Source of the DNA: an uncultured Candidatus Poseidoniales archaeon
GTDB taxonomy: Archaea; Thermoplasmatota; Poseidoniia; Poseidoniales; Thalassarchaeaceae
Length of the DNA stretch: 64,000 nucleotides
NCBI GenBank assembly: GCA_902593945.1
Contig: CACJKA010000001.1
Location: 19,316 to 83,315, forward strand
Direction: 5' to 3'
The notes beneath the pieces were generated by a model. That model searched no databases. It saw only the letters and a list, made by a program, of their open reading frames with translations, and was not told the DNA's origin. This document shows, piece by piece, positions 1 through 9,128 of this stretch (position 1 is its first letter; each line of letters opens with the position of its first letter). The position numbers and the translations under genes were made by a program.

Positions 1-347
1 GGATTACAGACAATCAAATCAACTTTAGGGAAATTGGTATTGCTATCTAAATATTCATTTATTATCGAACCTGATTCACTTAGATTATTTAATACTAGAT
101 TTTGTTTTAGTATTTCACAAGCTTTCTTATCTATTTCTAAAAATATACATCTTTCCGCTCCGACCTTTAATGCCCCTATTCCAAGAATGCCATTTCCTGC
201 ACCTAAGTCACCAACTACTGAATCAGAAGATAAATCCCCAAATGATATTATGGAAGAAATAAAATTTGAGGCAACATTTCCATCTGTAGAATACTGTTCT
301 AAATCAACATCTTCACAAGGATGAGGTAGTAATTTAGAAAGAGACAT
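1..347 (-). CDS. Class I SAM-dependent methyltransferase, N6-adenine (NPPY-type, METTL5-like). The CDS is partial and its C-terminus runs off the window edge.
   Basis: My own translation of the minus strand from the ATG at 347 gives MSLSKLLPHPCEDVDLEQYSTDGNV...VVGDLGAGNGILGIGALKVGAERCIFLEIDKKACEILKQN...VDLIVCNP. It contains the GxGxG SAM-binding motif I and a CNP(P) motif IV. The ORF track does not list it because the reading frame is open to the window edge. Confidence 0.5.
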   Translation of the reverse strand, partial: MSLSKLLPHPCEDVDLEQYSTDGNVASNFISSIISFGDLSSDSVVGDLGAGNGILGIGALKVGAERCIFLEIDKKACEILKQNLVLNNLSESGSIINEYLDSNTNFPKVDLIVCN

Positions 348-394
348 TGCGAGATGACGTACTCTCATTATATTGTCCGAGAGGTTGATACATA

Positions 395-1528
395 TCAATT
401 ACTTTGATTGAAACTAACATTAATCAGATTATTTGTATCCTGAATTATTTTATCTGCAAGAAGTAACTCCGCAAGAAGAACTCCATATCCGGCGGCTCCA
501 CGGATAGTATTGTCCGATAATAATTTGAAACTTAATCTCTTATCTGAAACTTCAATTTCAGCTACAGATACTGGCATTCCAGATAAAAGATCTTGATCGG
601 GGAACTTAGGTTCTGAACCTCCCCACCTATGCTTAATTGGGTCTAACTTACCATCTATAAAGTTGATTACATTTGATGAGGAGGGAAGTCTAGAATCAAA
701 AACTTCAGATGAAAACGTTTGCCATGCTTCTATTATTTCATGAGCACTTATGTGGTTGATAAAATCTATTTCAACTGTTGCAAGATGGCCATAATCGTGA
801 TTAGATCTAGAACACCAAACTTTGATATCTAAATTTGCTTCTTGGAAAATACCTTCATTTTTTCTACCTAAAATTCTGTTCAATTCTGAAACTATACTTT
901 CAGATTCTCCTGGAATCGAAGAATCAATATGAAATCCGCTGCGCCCTCTTTCTAGCATCTTCCGTCCACCTCCTGACAGTGATTGCTCTGTCGTAATTTT
1001 TACTGCCGAAAAATCAAATTTTTTGATAAGTGGGTATAATGTTAAAGCGATTGGAACAACCATACAATTACTACAAGAGATTAATGAACCCGTGCCATAA
1101 CTTTGAGATTCTAAAATTTTCAAATGGTCTGAATTAACATCAGGTATTACCAAAGGAACTTCTCCTTTTAATCGATGAATAGAAGCGTGACTTATTACGC
1201 AAAATCCTTTTTCTGCTAGACTTTTTTCCACTTCATTAGCGATCGAATTAGGAATTGCGGAAAATATTACTGATACTCTTTTTTCTTTTAATTCTGACAC
1301 CAGTGCATCTAAATCATTTAATCCTAAAACTGTAATATTGGGCAATTGGGGCCTTTCTTCATCGAGAGACCATGGTAAATCATGAATCTTCATGCCCACT
1401 GTGGAACTTGAGCCAACGACAGATACTGGATTGAGCCAATCGTGTTTTACTAATCTCTGAAGGTACCTCTGAGCAACTAAACCTCTTGAGCCAAGAATTG
1501 CGCAATTAACAGCTTGTATAGCCACCAT
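395..1528 (-). CDS. asd: Aspartate-semialdehyde dehydrogenase
   Basis: The 377 aa product has an N-terminal Rossmann segment (AILGSRGLVAQRYLQRL) and an active-site Cys context (SCSNCMVVPIALTL), with the dimerisation domain at the C-terminus. Length and motifs are typical of Asd. Confidence 0.8.
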   Translation of the reverse strand: MVAIQAVNCAILGSRGLVAQRYLQRLVKHDWLNPVSVVGSSSTVGMKIHDLPWSLDEERPQLPNITVLGLNDLDALVSELKEKRVSVIFSAIPNSIANEVEKSLAEKGFCVISHASIHRLKGEVPLVIPDVNSDHLKILESQSYGTGSLISCSNCMVVPIALTLYPLIKKFDFSAVKITTEQSLSGGGRKMLERGRSGFHIDSSIPGESESIVSELNRILGRKNEGIFQEANLDIKVWCSRSNHDYGHLATVEIDFINHISAHEIIEAWQTFSSEVFDSRLPSSSNVINFIDGKLDPIKHRWGGSEPKFPDQDLLSGMPVSVAEIEVSDKRLSFKLLSDNTIRGAAGYGVLLAELLLADKIIQDTNNLINVSFNQSN

Positions 1529-1629
1529 ATGTCTACGTTGAAGAACACCTATCTAATAACAACTGTTTGCAGGTTTCTAACAAAAAGAAAATCTGTAAGT
1601 TCAAATACTTTCAATTTTAATAGGAAAAT

Positions 1630-2868
1630 ATGGATTCAACGGGGGTTGTTTATGTAGCCATTGGTTTAGCTCTTGGTGCTGTCATTGGTTGGTTACTTGC
1701 TAGACAGAAATTGAGTGGTGAAGTAATAAGAAATGAAGAAAGGATAAAGGCAAAAGAAGAGGCGATAGTTACCTCTGAAATAAGAGTTAAAGCAGAGATA
1801 GAAAATCTAGTTACAGATTTGGGAAGAAAGAATTCTGAAGAATTCTTGAAACTTGCTGAGGAAAGACTAGGTAAAGTACAGGTTTCTGCGGAAAAGGACC
1901 ATCTGGCAAGACAAAAAGAGATTGATGCATTATTCGGTCCAATGACTAAATCTCTAAATGATTTAGAAAAATTTTCTAAAGAGATTGAAAAAGAACGAAT
2001 AAATGCATATGCAGGAATTAAGAGACAAATTACAGATCTAGGCGCCAGAACAGAAAGTCTAGGAAAAGAAGCTTCAAATCTTTCTACAGCACTTCGAAAG
2101 AGTTCATCTGTTCGCGGAGATTGGGGCGAGATTGCACTTAGAAATTTACTAGAAATGGCGGGCATGACAAAGCATACTGATTTTCTAGAACAGAAAGGGG
2201 CATCAGGACTTATTCCTGACGTGATTGTACGTCTTCCTGGAGATGGTTCTATACCTATCGATGCAAAAACTAGTGGGAAACATTATCTGGAATCTTTAGA
2301 AATTGAAGACTTGGAAGCAAGACAAGAAAAATTGCGACAACATGCAAAATCGATGCGTGATACAATGACTAAATTAGCTGAAAAAGGATATTTAACAAAG
2401 GTCTCAGGGAGGGCTGATTTCGTAGTAATGTTTGTCCCATCAGAAGCTTTAGTATCTGCTGCCTTCGAAGTAGACCCTACACTACACTCTGATGCGATGA
2501 ATAGGGGAGTCATAATTACATCTCCTGCTTCTCTGATTGCGTTACTCAGAACTGCTGCCTTATACTGGCAACAAGTTAGATTTGCCGAAGAGGCAAAAGA
2601 AGTAGTAGATGTTGCACAATTATTCTACAAAAGAATGGCGACTTGGAGTGAACATTTTGCAGAAGTAGGCAATAGGCTAGGGAAAGCAACTGAATTCTAT
2701 AACAAGGCAGTAGGTTCTTGGGAAAAGAATGTATTGCCTCAGGGACGTAAATTAGAGAAACTAGACATTGCTACCAATTTGCCTAAAAATTTAGTAGAAC
2801 AAAAATCTATTTCCGAGTCAATTAGAACACCTACTGTAATGAATGAAGATGATGATGAAGAGGAATGA
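1630..2868 (+). CDS. rmuC: DNA recombination protein RmuC family
   Basis: It has an N-terminal TM helix and a long coiled-coil, followed by a C-terminal RmuC nuclease-like domain. The length (412 aa) is typical of RmuC. Confidence 0.75.
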   Translation: MDSTGVVYVAIGLALGAVIGWLLARQKLSGEVIRNEERIKAKEEAIVTSEIRVKAEIENLVTDLGRKNSEEFLKLAEERLGKVQVSAEKDHLARQKEIDALFGPMTKSLNDLEKFSKEIEKERINAYAGIKRQITDLGARTESLGKEASNLSTALRKSSSVRGDWGEIALRNLLEMAGMTKHTDFLEQKGASGLIPDVIVRLPGDGSIPIDAKTSGKHYLESLEIEDLEARQEKLRQHAKSMRDTMTKLAEKGYLTKVSGRADFVVMFVPSEALVSAAFEVDPTLHSDAMNRGVIITSPASLIALLRTAALYWQQVRFAEEAKEVVDVAQLFYKRMATWSEHFAEVGNRLGKATEFYNKAVGSWEKNVLPQGRKLEKLDIATNLPKNLVEQKSISESIRTPTVMNEDDDEEE

Positions 2869-2892
2869 AAACCTTGACCCTAATCCGAGTAT

Positions 2893-3474
2893 ATGATTAA
2901 GTGGCAAACCGGACGATACCATCCAGTTGTTCATCTTCCTGATGAATATGAAGTTAGAGATTTCACAACAGGAAATTACACTCCCTCAGAATATGAATTT
3001 GATATAGGAAGATATGATGAGTTAAGGCCGGGTATGTATTCTACAGAACTATTCGCAGATGGTAGGTTTTTGCATATTGGGATAGATATTGGAGCCCCTG
3101 TAGGGACTCCTTGTATGGCATTTGATGAGGGTGAGATTTCGCATTTTGGATATAATGCAGCTGATGGAGATTACGGATACGTGATTATTACGAAACATAT
3201 AGTTGGAGAAATACCAATATGGGCACTATATGGCCATTTGAGTGCTGATTCGATAAAGGGGAAGAAAATAGGCCAAAAAATTTCACGTGGAGAAGTGATT
3301 TGCTGGATGGGCGATAGACATGAAAATGGAGGATGGGAATCACACCTACATTTTCAATTATCAATTAATGAGCCTGAAACCCATGACATGCCTGGTGTTG
3401 TAAACCCAGAAAATAGGGAGATGGCATTAGAAAAATACCCTGACCCAAGACTAGTTCTTGGACCAATTTACTAA
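2893..3474 (+). CDS. Peptidase M23 (LytM-like) family protein
   Basis: The sequence contains HIGIDIGAPVGTP...GHLS...ESHLHFQL. The H-x-x-x-D and HxH motifs of M23 metallopeptidases are present. Confidence 0.65.
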   Translation: MIKWQTGRYHPVVHLPDEYEVRDFTTGNYTPSEYEFDIGRYDELRPGMYSTELFADGRFLHIGIDIGAPVGTPCMAFDEGEISHFGYNAADGDYGYVIITKHIVGEIPIWALYGHLSADSIKGKKIGQKISRGEVICWMGDRHENGGWESHLHFQLSINEPETHDMPGVVNPENREMALEKYPDPRLVLGPIY

Positions 3475-4511
3475 TTGTTGGAAAGATGAGACTTAAGGTC
3501 GACGATAGAATTTATATCTGAAGGATCAATTCCTTTTATCAATGCTAAAGCAATACTTATCCAATCAGATATATGTGAAGCATAAAGTAGACTTTCAAGA
3601 AGACTGTGCCCCTCGCAATCAATTATCCAAGAATGATTGTTATCAATATTCTCCAGCATCCAGTTCATTCTTGAATTGATTCTAGGATGAATGTTTTCAC
3701 ATGAGAAATAAATTATAGAATGTTTATCGGCATTAGAGGAAGACCATGCTATTATTTCATTATGATTCATCTCAGGCAACTCTGAGGGGCGTGCAAAAAC
3801 TTCTGAATTTTCGTTTAATTGATTAGCAAAACGACGTGCTGCGGGCATCATAATAGTAGGTGCAATTATACCTATTTCTTTGTTTAGTATTGATTCTGCG
3901 ACAGAGAGAACTAATCCATTACCACCACTTATATCAAAATCCATTGAAGATGATCGCAAACGTTCAATCATATTGGAAATCTCTTCACTATTTGGTTTCT
4001 CAATTATACCTAAAGACCAACAAACAGATATTTGGCTACCAAATAAATGGCCAAAAGCAGATCTAGGCATCTGACCTCCAGGAACAGAAATGAATAATGA
4101 TTCTTGATTTTCTGCTATGATATCCTCAAGCTCACCGCCTGAAGAGATTCCAATAACTGTACCTCCAGATTCTAAAGCCTCACGGACACCGTCGATTGTT
4201 TCCTCGGTATTTCCTGAGTAAGAAGTTGCTAATATCAACCAATCTGGCCCCCACCAAGAAGGTAGATTATAGTCCCTCCATACTACAAAAGGGATTCCTC
4301 CTGAATAATCAGCTAGAGTTGAAAGAAACATACCTCCTGCTCCAGAACCTCCCATTCCTAAACAAAGAACACCGGACCAGTCTTTATCAACATCAATATC
4401 GATATTTTTCGTGATTGCCTGTTCGAAATCATCTATAAATTTACGAGTATATCCTACCATGTCTCGGGTGTCCAATTCTTTGGCAAGTTCTTGTAACTCT
4501 TTCAATTTCAT
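3471..4511 (-). CDS. Bifunctional phosphoglucose/phosphomannose isomerase (SIS domain)
   Basis: SIS-domain signatures are present (LCLGMGGSGAGG...SYSGNTEET), and the 346-359 aa length fits archaeal PGI/PMI. I place the start at MKLKELQEL (4511), which has an upstream GGTGGA and removes the overlap with the nmd3-like gene. The longest ORF extends to 4550. Confidence 0.65.
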   Translation of the reverse strand: MKLKELQELAKELDTRDMVGYTRKFIDDFEQAITKNIDIDVDKDWSGVLCLGMGGSGAGGMFLSTLADYSGGIPFVVWRDYNLPSWWGPDWLILATSYSGNTEETIDGVREALESGGTVIGISSGGELEDIIAENQESLFISVPGGQMPRSAFGHLFGSQISVCWSLGIIEKPNSEEISNMIERLRSSSMDFDISGGNGLVLSVAESILNKEIGIIAPTIMMPAARRFANQLNENSEVFARPSELPEMNHNEIIAWSSSNADKHSIIYFSCENIHPRINSRMNWMLENIDNNHSWIIDCEGHSLLESLLYASHISDWISIALALIKGIDPSDINSIVDLKSHLSNN

Positions 4512-5575
4512 GAATCCACCTCGCCTACAAACCCAGGCAATGCTAGCCATATATCATCTATGAACCCAATACGTAATTTTTTTGATTTTGTATTATCATC
4601 GTATGGTAAAGCAACAGTCGTCATTTTGTAATCATGTGGAGTCATTATTTCTGCTGCAGAACTATCGCGATTTAATATATCAACAATATATTGTTCGGAA
4701 CGAGGGCAAATTATTCTCGCCTTCTCCATATCTCTCCATGAGGCTCCAGTCCTCTGGAAGAAATTTAATCGACGGATTATTGGGCCATCCCTTTGCCATG
4801 AATCAATTAACCATAAGTCGTTGTTTAATTTCACCACATCTCCTACTTCATAAGCAGGTTTTCTATAACTTACAGTTAATCTTGTAATTTCAATTCCATC
4901 CCTCATACCAACAACTGTAGATGTTTCTTTGACTGTTCCACCAAATTTCTTTGTCAAAATACGTGCCCAATTCCTAGCCATAGCCTTCGAACCAAGTTGT
5001 AAATCCCAACCACCAGTGACAATGCCTTCTTTGGTTATGAAAAACATTGGATCCGCTTCCATTCCTTCTAACATTTCATCTAAAGTATATCTTAATTCTT
5101 TGAGTTCTTTCTCTGATAGTTTTCTCCCTGCCGAACGAAGTTGGACAATAGCCTCAAAATATGCTCCATCTTTCCTTGTACAGGGGGTACAAATCGCATT
5201 ACTAGTCTGTAATAATACCTCGAAATTATCCTCGAAAAGGAAATTATCAATCGTTCCAGATACATCAAGATGAATCCGATTAGTTCTATCATCAATAACC
5301 TGTAAAGCAAATTCGACATTTACATCTTCGGCTCTTTCATCTAATTCTAAGTTGTCACGAAGTCTCAGATCTGCTAAAGACTCATTATCTATCTTAGACC
5401 AGCGCCCCCTAATTTCATATGATTCGCATTTTGGACAACGGAATTGTTGAATTGTATTCGAAATTTTGGATAACGTAACACGCTTACGAAAACATGACTC
5501 ACAAAGACGATTAGAAGAAAGTTTGGAGGAAGCCCCACAAACAATACAAAATGCATCCTTAGACATATGACTCAT
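4508..5575 (-). CDS. NMD3-family 60S ribosomal subunit export/biogenesis protein
   Basis: The N-terminus carries four CxxC pairs (CIVCG...CESCF...CPKCES), and the 355 aa length matches the archaeal NMD3 architecture. Confidence 0.7.
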   Translation of the reverse strand: MSHMSKDAFCIVCGASSKLSSNRLCESCFRKRVTLSKISNTIQQFRCPKCESYEIRGRWSKIDNESLADLRLRDNLELDERAEDVNVEFALQVIDDRTNRIHLDVSGTIDNFLFEDNFEVLLQTSNAICTPCTRKDGAYFEAIVQLRSAGRKLSEKELKELRYTLDEMLEGMEADPMFFITKEGIVTGGWDLQLGSKAMARNWARILTKKFGGTVKETSTVVGMRDGIEITRLTVSYRKPAYEVGDVVKLNNDLWLIDSWQRDGPIIRRLNFFQRTGASWRDMEKARIICPRSEQYIVDILNRDSSAAEIMTPHDYKMTTVALPYDDNTKSKKLRIGFIDDIWLALPGFVGEVDS

Positions 5576-5771
5576 CCCTTGCGAAAGCGTAGTGCATTAG
5601 AATGATTCGTGAGTTAAAAAAACTAAATTTCTGAGTTTTTATCGTCTAAGGTCAATTGACTCTCTCTTATTCTTATTCTAATATTATCCAATCTTTTCCC
5701 AATATATACAACATAGTAGCTCAATAAAAATCCTAATATCGAGTAAGTGACTAGATATGATTCAAAACCGT

Positions 5772-6557
5772 TCAATGTACCACCTCTTCATCTATCTTGT
5801 CCAACAACCGTTGCAACTCATCTTCCATTTTGTATGAAATATAAGTTAGAATAGAAAGGCCCGCCATTAATATCCAGAAAGATATCACTCCCAAGATTAA
5901 GACTTGAAGCATTTTAGGATCCAGTCCTGTTTCACTAGATTCTGCAATCACAACTGAAGGATGTCGCTTTTGATAGACCGTAGTTGCTACTGCTGTAATA
6001 GGCACTAAAGCAAATCCAAATAACCCTACGGTGGAAAGAGTATCTCTAGTTTCTATTCCATCAGGTTGTGCTTTTCTAGAAAGAACGATGAATAATGCAA
6101 CAGCAGTGAGTAAACCGAATGTGTTCAATCTTAGATCCCCCCAGTCCCAGGGGACGCCCCATTCTGCTGAACCCCATATTGGGCCAGATATGACAACACC
6201 TAAACCAAAAAGAAGACCTAAATCAGAACCGGTACAGAACAAATTCCAACCCCACTCTTTTCTTTTTAGAAACCAAGAAATTGCTCCAATAAATAATAAG
6301 CAGAAAGCAACAAATGATGTCCAAGCAAATGGTACGTGCCAGAACAATATTCGATATGCCTCTGGAGACCTAAATGGCGGCGATTGAACTAGCGGAGCGT
6401 ATGTGTAACCCATTACTGCAGTTAGTAAGACTCCTGCACCACCTATGCACGTTAGCCCCCAACCGTAATATTTTGTCGAGGACATAAACCTGCGAGAGGT
6501 TACTATATGATGAATGCTCGTTTTCATGCTTCCGGAAGATAAACAGAAACCATCCAA
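5772..6557 (-). CDS. ccmC: Heme exporter protein C (cytochrome c maturation, WWD-domain)
   Basis: This is a polytopic membrane protein with the tryptophan-rich WWD motif WGVPWDWGDLRLNTF. Flanking loop histidines are conserved (FWHVPFAW, QKRHPS), and the 261 aa length fits CcmC. Confidence 0.75.
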   Translation of the reverse strand: MDGFCLSSGSMKTSIHHIVTSRRFMSSTKYYGWGLTCIGGAGVLLTAVMGYTYAPLVQSPPFRSPEAYRILFWHVPFAWTSFVAFCLLFIGAISWFLKRKEWGWNLFCTGSDLGLLFGLGVVISGPIWGSAEWGVPWDWGDLRLNTFGLLTAVALFIVLSRKAQPDGIETRDTLSTVGLFGFALVPITAVATTVYQKRHPSVVIAESSETGLDPKMLQVLILGVISFWILMAGLSILTYISYKMEDELQRLLDKIDEEVVH

Positions 6558-7957
6558 ACCAAGAAGCTAATTAGACCTGCTAAAAACATCATAAAAATCG
6601 GTTCTTCTAAAGAAATACCCATACTCATACCATTGATAATTATCATTTCAAGAGAATCCACGAGCTCAATAAATGGCCATACTAGAACTAAAAGTAGTAG
6701 CGATACTACTGAAGCACCTGATCTTCTTAAATCGGAAACCAGTAAATGTAATGATGAAGCAGCAATTGCAACCAGATACATTACTAAGCATGGTAACCAT
6801 AACCAATAAACTACTGAATCATTGGCGATTGATATATTATCACTTAGAATAAACCATGAAATGTAAATTAATGGTATTGGAAGCAATATAGATGAACCGA
6901 TTATTGATGAAGAAAGACGGAATTTAGGACCTATTATTGCTGACCACCAACGACCACAATTCTCTTCTGCATATCTGCTAATTAATGCTGGAGGGATGAC
7001 TACTGAAATGAAAGGGGGTAGTAAAATAAGGGCAGAAAGGAAATCTACTCCCAATGCAGAAATATCTTCTTCGGAAACCAAAGTATGAGATAGAAATAAG
7101 GCAAGAATTGCGGGAATTAAACGGTTAATTGTGTCTACTGGGTTTCTTTTTTCCATCCTGTAGGCCCAATTAAATAAACTAGAAGTCTTTTTGACTGAAA
7201 TATTATTTGTGAACTTAGGAATAACAAAATTAGATTCTGGTTGTGATTGGGCACTAAAAATAATTTTTCTATCGTCACTAAATGTTAAAGTTCTATCAGC
7301 TACCGAAATTAAATCGGAATCATGAGTTGCTATAACAATTCCATGACCTCTTAAAATTAAAGCCCTTAACCAATTAATTAATAGTGATTTAGCAGATTCA
7401 TCTAAACCTTCTGATGGCTCATCGAGTAGAACGGCTCTAGGTTCTTGTGATAATAAAGCAGGCGCCAGTCCCGAAAGGACGGATAGGCGTCTAGCAAGTC
7501 CTCCAGATAGTTGAGAAACTCTATCAGAACTTCTATGTTTCAAACCCCAACAATCTAGTAATTCTGATATTTTGATATTATCAAACTCACAGCCAGAGAC
7601 TTGCAGTACCGTTTTTATCCTCTCTTGAACTGTTTCTTCACCTGATATTCCATTTTTTTGTAGAGTTAGCCCCATGGGTGGAAGAGAATTTCTCCTACCC
7701 TCTGAATCTCTAACTAATTTCATACCATAGGAGTCATGTTTCCAATGAATTGAACCTGAAGAAATTGTATGCATTCCTGCACTAGATTCTAACAAAGTAG
7801 TCTTCCCACAGCCATTTGGTCCAACCAAAGCAACCACCTCTCCTTCATTTAATTCAAAATTCAAATCTGAAATTATGAGACGGCTACCTCTATGAATTTT
7901 AAGACCTGAAATCTGAATCAGAGTCATATCGCCCATGTACTTCCGAGGGAGGTTCAT
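6524..7957 (-). CDS. Fused heme-exporter ABC ATPase and permease (CcmA-CcmB-like)
   Basis: The N-terminal ABC ATPase has Walker A (GPNGCGKTT), the signature LSGGLARR, and Walker B (LLDEPSEGLD). It is followed by a hydrophobic domain of about 240 aa with roughly 6 TM helices, comparable in size to CcmB. I place the start at MNLPRKYMGDM; the long N-terminal extension in the ORF track looks spurious. The gene lies immediately upstream of, and overlaps, ccmC. Confidence 0.6.
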   Translation of the reverse strand: MNLPRKYMGDMTLIQISGLKIHRGSRLIISDLNFELNEGEVVALVGPNGCGKTTLLESSAGMHTISSGSIHWKHDSYGMKLVRDSEGRRNSLPPMGLTLQKNGISGEETVQERIKTVLQVSGCEFDNIKISELLDCWGLKHRSSDRVSQLSGGLARRLSVLSGLAPALLSQEPRAVLLDEPSEGLDESAKSLLINWLRALILRGHGIVIATHDSDLISVADRTLTFSDDRKIIFSAQSQPESNFVIPKFTNNISVKKTSSLFNWAYRMEKRNPVDTINRLIPAILALFLSHTLVSEEDISALGVDFLSALILLPPFISVVIPPALISRYAEENCGRWWSAIIGPKFRLSSSIIGSSILLPIPLIYISWFILSDNISIANDSVVYWLWLPCLVMYLVAIAASSLHLLVSDLRRSGASVVSLLLLVLVWPFIELVDSLEMIIINGMSMGISLEEPIFMMFLAGLISFLVWMVSVYLPEA

Positions 7958-7992
7958 CGTTTGAGTCGTTCGACAAAGAATCGAAGGCGCTA

Positions 7993-9060
7993 TTGCTACA
8001 ATACGACCGGCCACAGTTTGTGATTGCACCCCGAGAGTATGATTTATACTGGTCACAATTAGAAAATAGTGATTTTTTCCTCCTTTCAATATACATCCTA
8101 GTTTCTGTAATCCCTTTTGTAAATGCAATAAGAGAAAAAACAAGTATTGCACTTGCCATGGTTCTATCATTACTACTAGTAATGTTTGTTAGGTTTACTT
8201 TTAGTATCCTAGAACTTGATTTTAATGAAATACATTTCTTTTCATTATATCCATTTATTGCAGATGATCCCACACAAATTCATCGTTTTTTGACTTCGGC
8301 ATGGCTTCATGCAGATTGGATTCACGTACTATCAAATATTCTTGTTATTGGCCTAGTAGGTGTCCCTCTAGAACAAAGATTGGGTGCTAAAAGATGGTTG
8401 TTAGTATATTTTCTAGGATTTATAGGAGGAAATCTGGCATGGGTTGCATCGCATCCTGATTCAATAAATCCTGCAATAGGTGCAAGTGGTGCTGCTTTCG
8501 GATTACTAGGAGCTTATATGGCATGTTGGCCAAATGATGAAATAGAATTTCCATTACTATTTTTTATAAGAGCATGGCCTATTTGGATAATTGTTTTCGT
8601 CAGGTTAGGATTGGAAATTTATCAAATTTATGTAATCCAAGAAGGCACTTCAGGAGACACTAATATTGCTCATATGGCCCACATTGGTGGATTCTTTATG
8701 GCATTTATATTGGCAAGATTTATTGCAAAAGGCGGTCCAAGTCTGTTAGATTCAGATGAATCATACAATAATACCACAAACCCAACTGAAGCTAAGAGAA
8801 TTATCGCGAAAAGAAATCTAGGAGAATTAATTGGTGACCCATGGGAAATTGCAGGAAAACCCTTGGAAGGCAACGCGAAATGGATATTATGGAATCTTAA
8901 GGAACAAGGGGATGAATTAGAGACAAGACAGGCATGGCTTGAAGAACTGGCAGAGAATACAATTTGTCCGATATGTAACGGAGAAGTGAAGCTGTTCGAA
9001 AAAGATGAAAATTATAGCTTGATTTGTTCGATAAATGATGACCACCTTTTCTGGCCATAA
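7993..9060 (+). CDS. Rhomboid family intramembrane serine protease with a C-terminal zinc-ribbon-like tail
   Basis: It has a rhomboid catalytic Ser context (GASGAAFGLLGAY) and a His context (AHIGGF) inside a polytopic membrane core. The C-terminal tail carries ICPICNG...LICS. Confidence 0.8.
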   Translation: MLQYDRPQFVIAPREYDLYWSQLENSDFFLLSIYILVSVIPFVNAIREKTSIALAMVLSLLLVMFVRFTFSILELDFNEIHFFSLYPFIADDPTQIHRFLTSAWLHADWIHVLSNILVIGLVGVPLEQRLGAKRWLLVYFLGFIGGNLAWVASHPDSINPAIGASGAAFGLLGAYMACWPNDEIEFPLLFFIRAWPIWIIVFVRLGLEIYQIYVIQEGTSGDTNIAHMAHIGGFFMAFILARFIAKGGPSLLDSDESYNNTTNPTEAKRIIAKRNLGELIGDPWEIAGKPLEGNAKWILWNLKEQGDELETRQAWLEELAENTICPICNGEVKLFEKDENYSLICSINDDHLFWP

Positions 9061-9128
9061 TTATCTAAAAATGAATTAATTATCGGTTCAAATTATACAT
9101 CTATTGATGCTGGCTCTCTAAGAGAGCC

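Noticed and set aside
34-324. A 96-aa plus-strand ORF at the window start
   Set aside because: It has no motifs and a low-complexity translation. The opposite strand encodes a convincing SAM-methyltransferase N-terminus (GxGxG...NPP) that runs to the window edge, so this is an antisense artefact.
1650-2513. Minus-strand ORFs (171 aa and 76 aa) inside rmuC, and many similar antisense ORFs inside gyrA, mutL, mutS, smc, the subtilase and others
   Set aside because: They lie fully within long, well-supported genes on the other strand. Their translations are Ser/Leu-rich and lack motifs, which is typical of shadow ORFs in AT-rich DNA.
8171-8273. The long N-terminal extension of the CcmAB ORF and the overlapping 124-aa ORF (7899-8273)
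   Set aside because: The extension has no ABC features and overlaps the divergent rhomboid gene. An internal Met just before the first beta-strand of the ATPase is the more plausible start.
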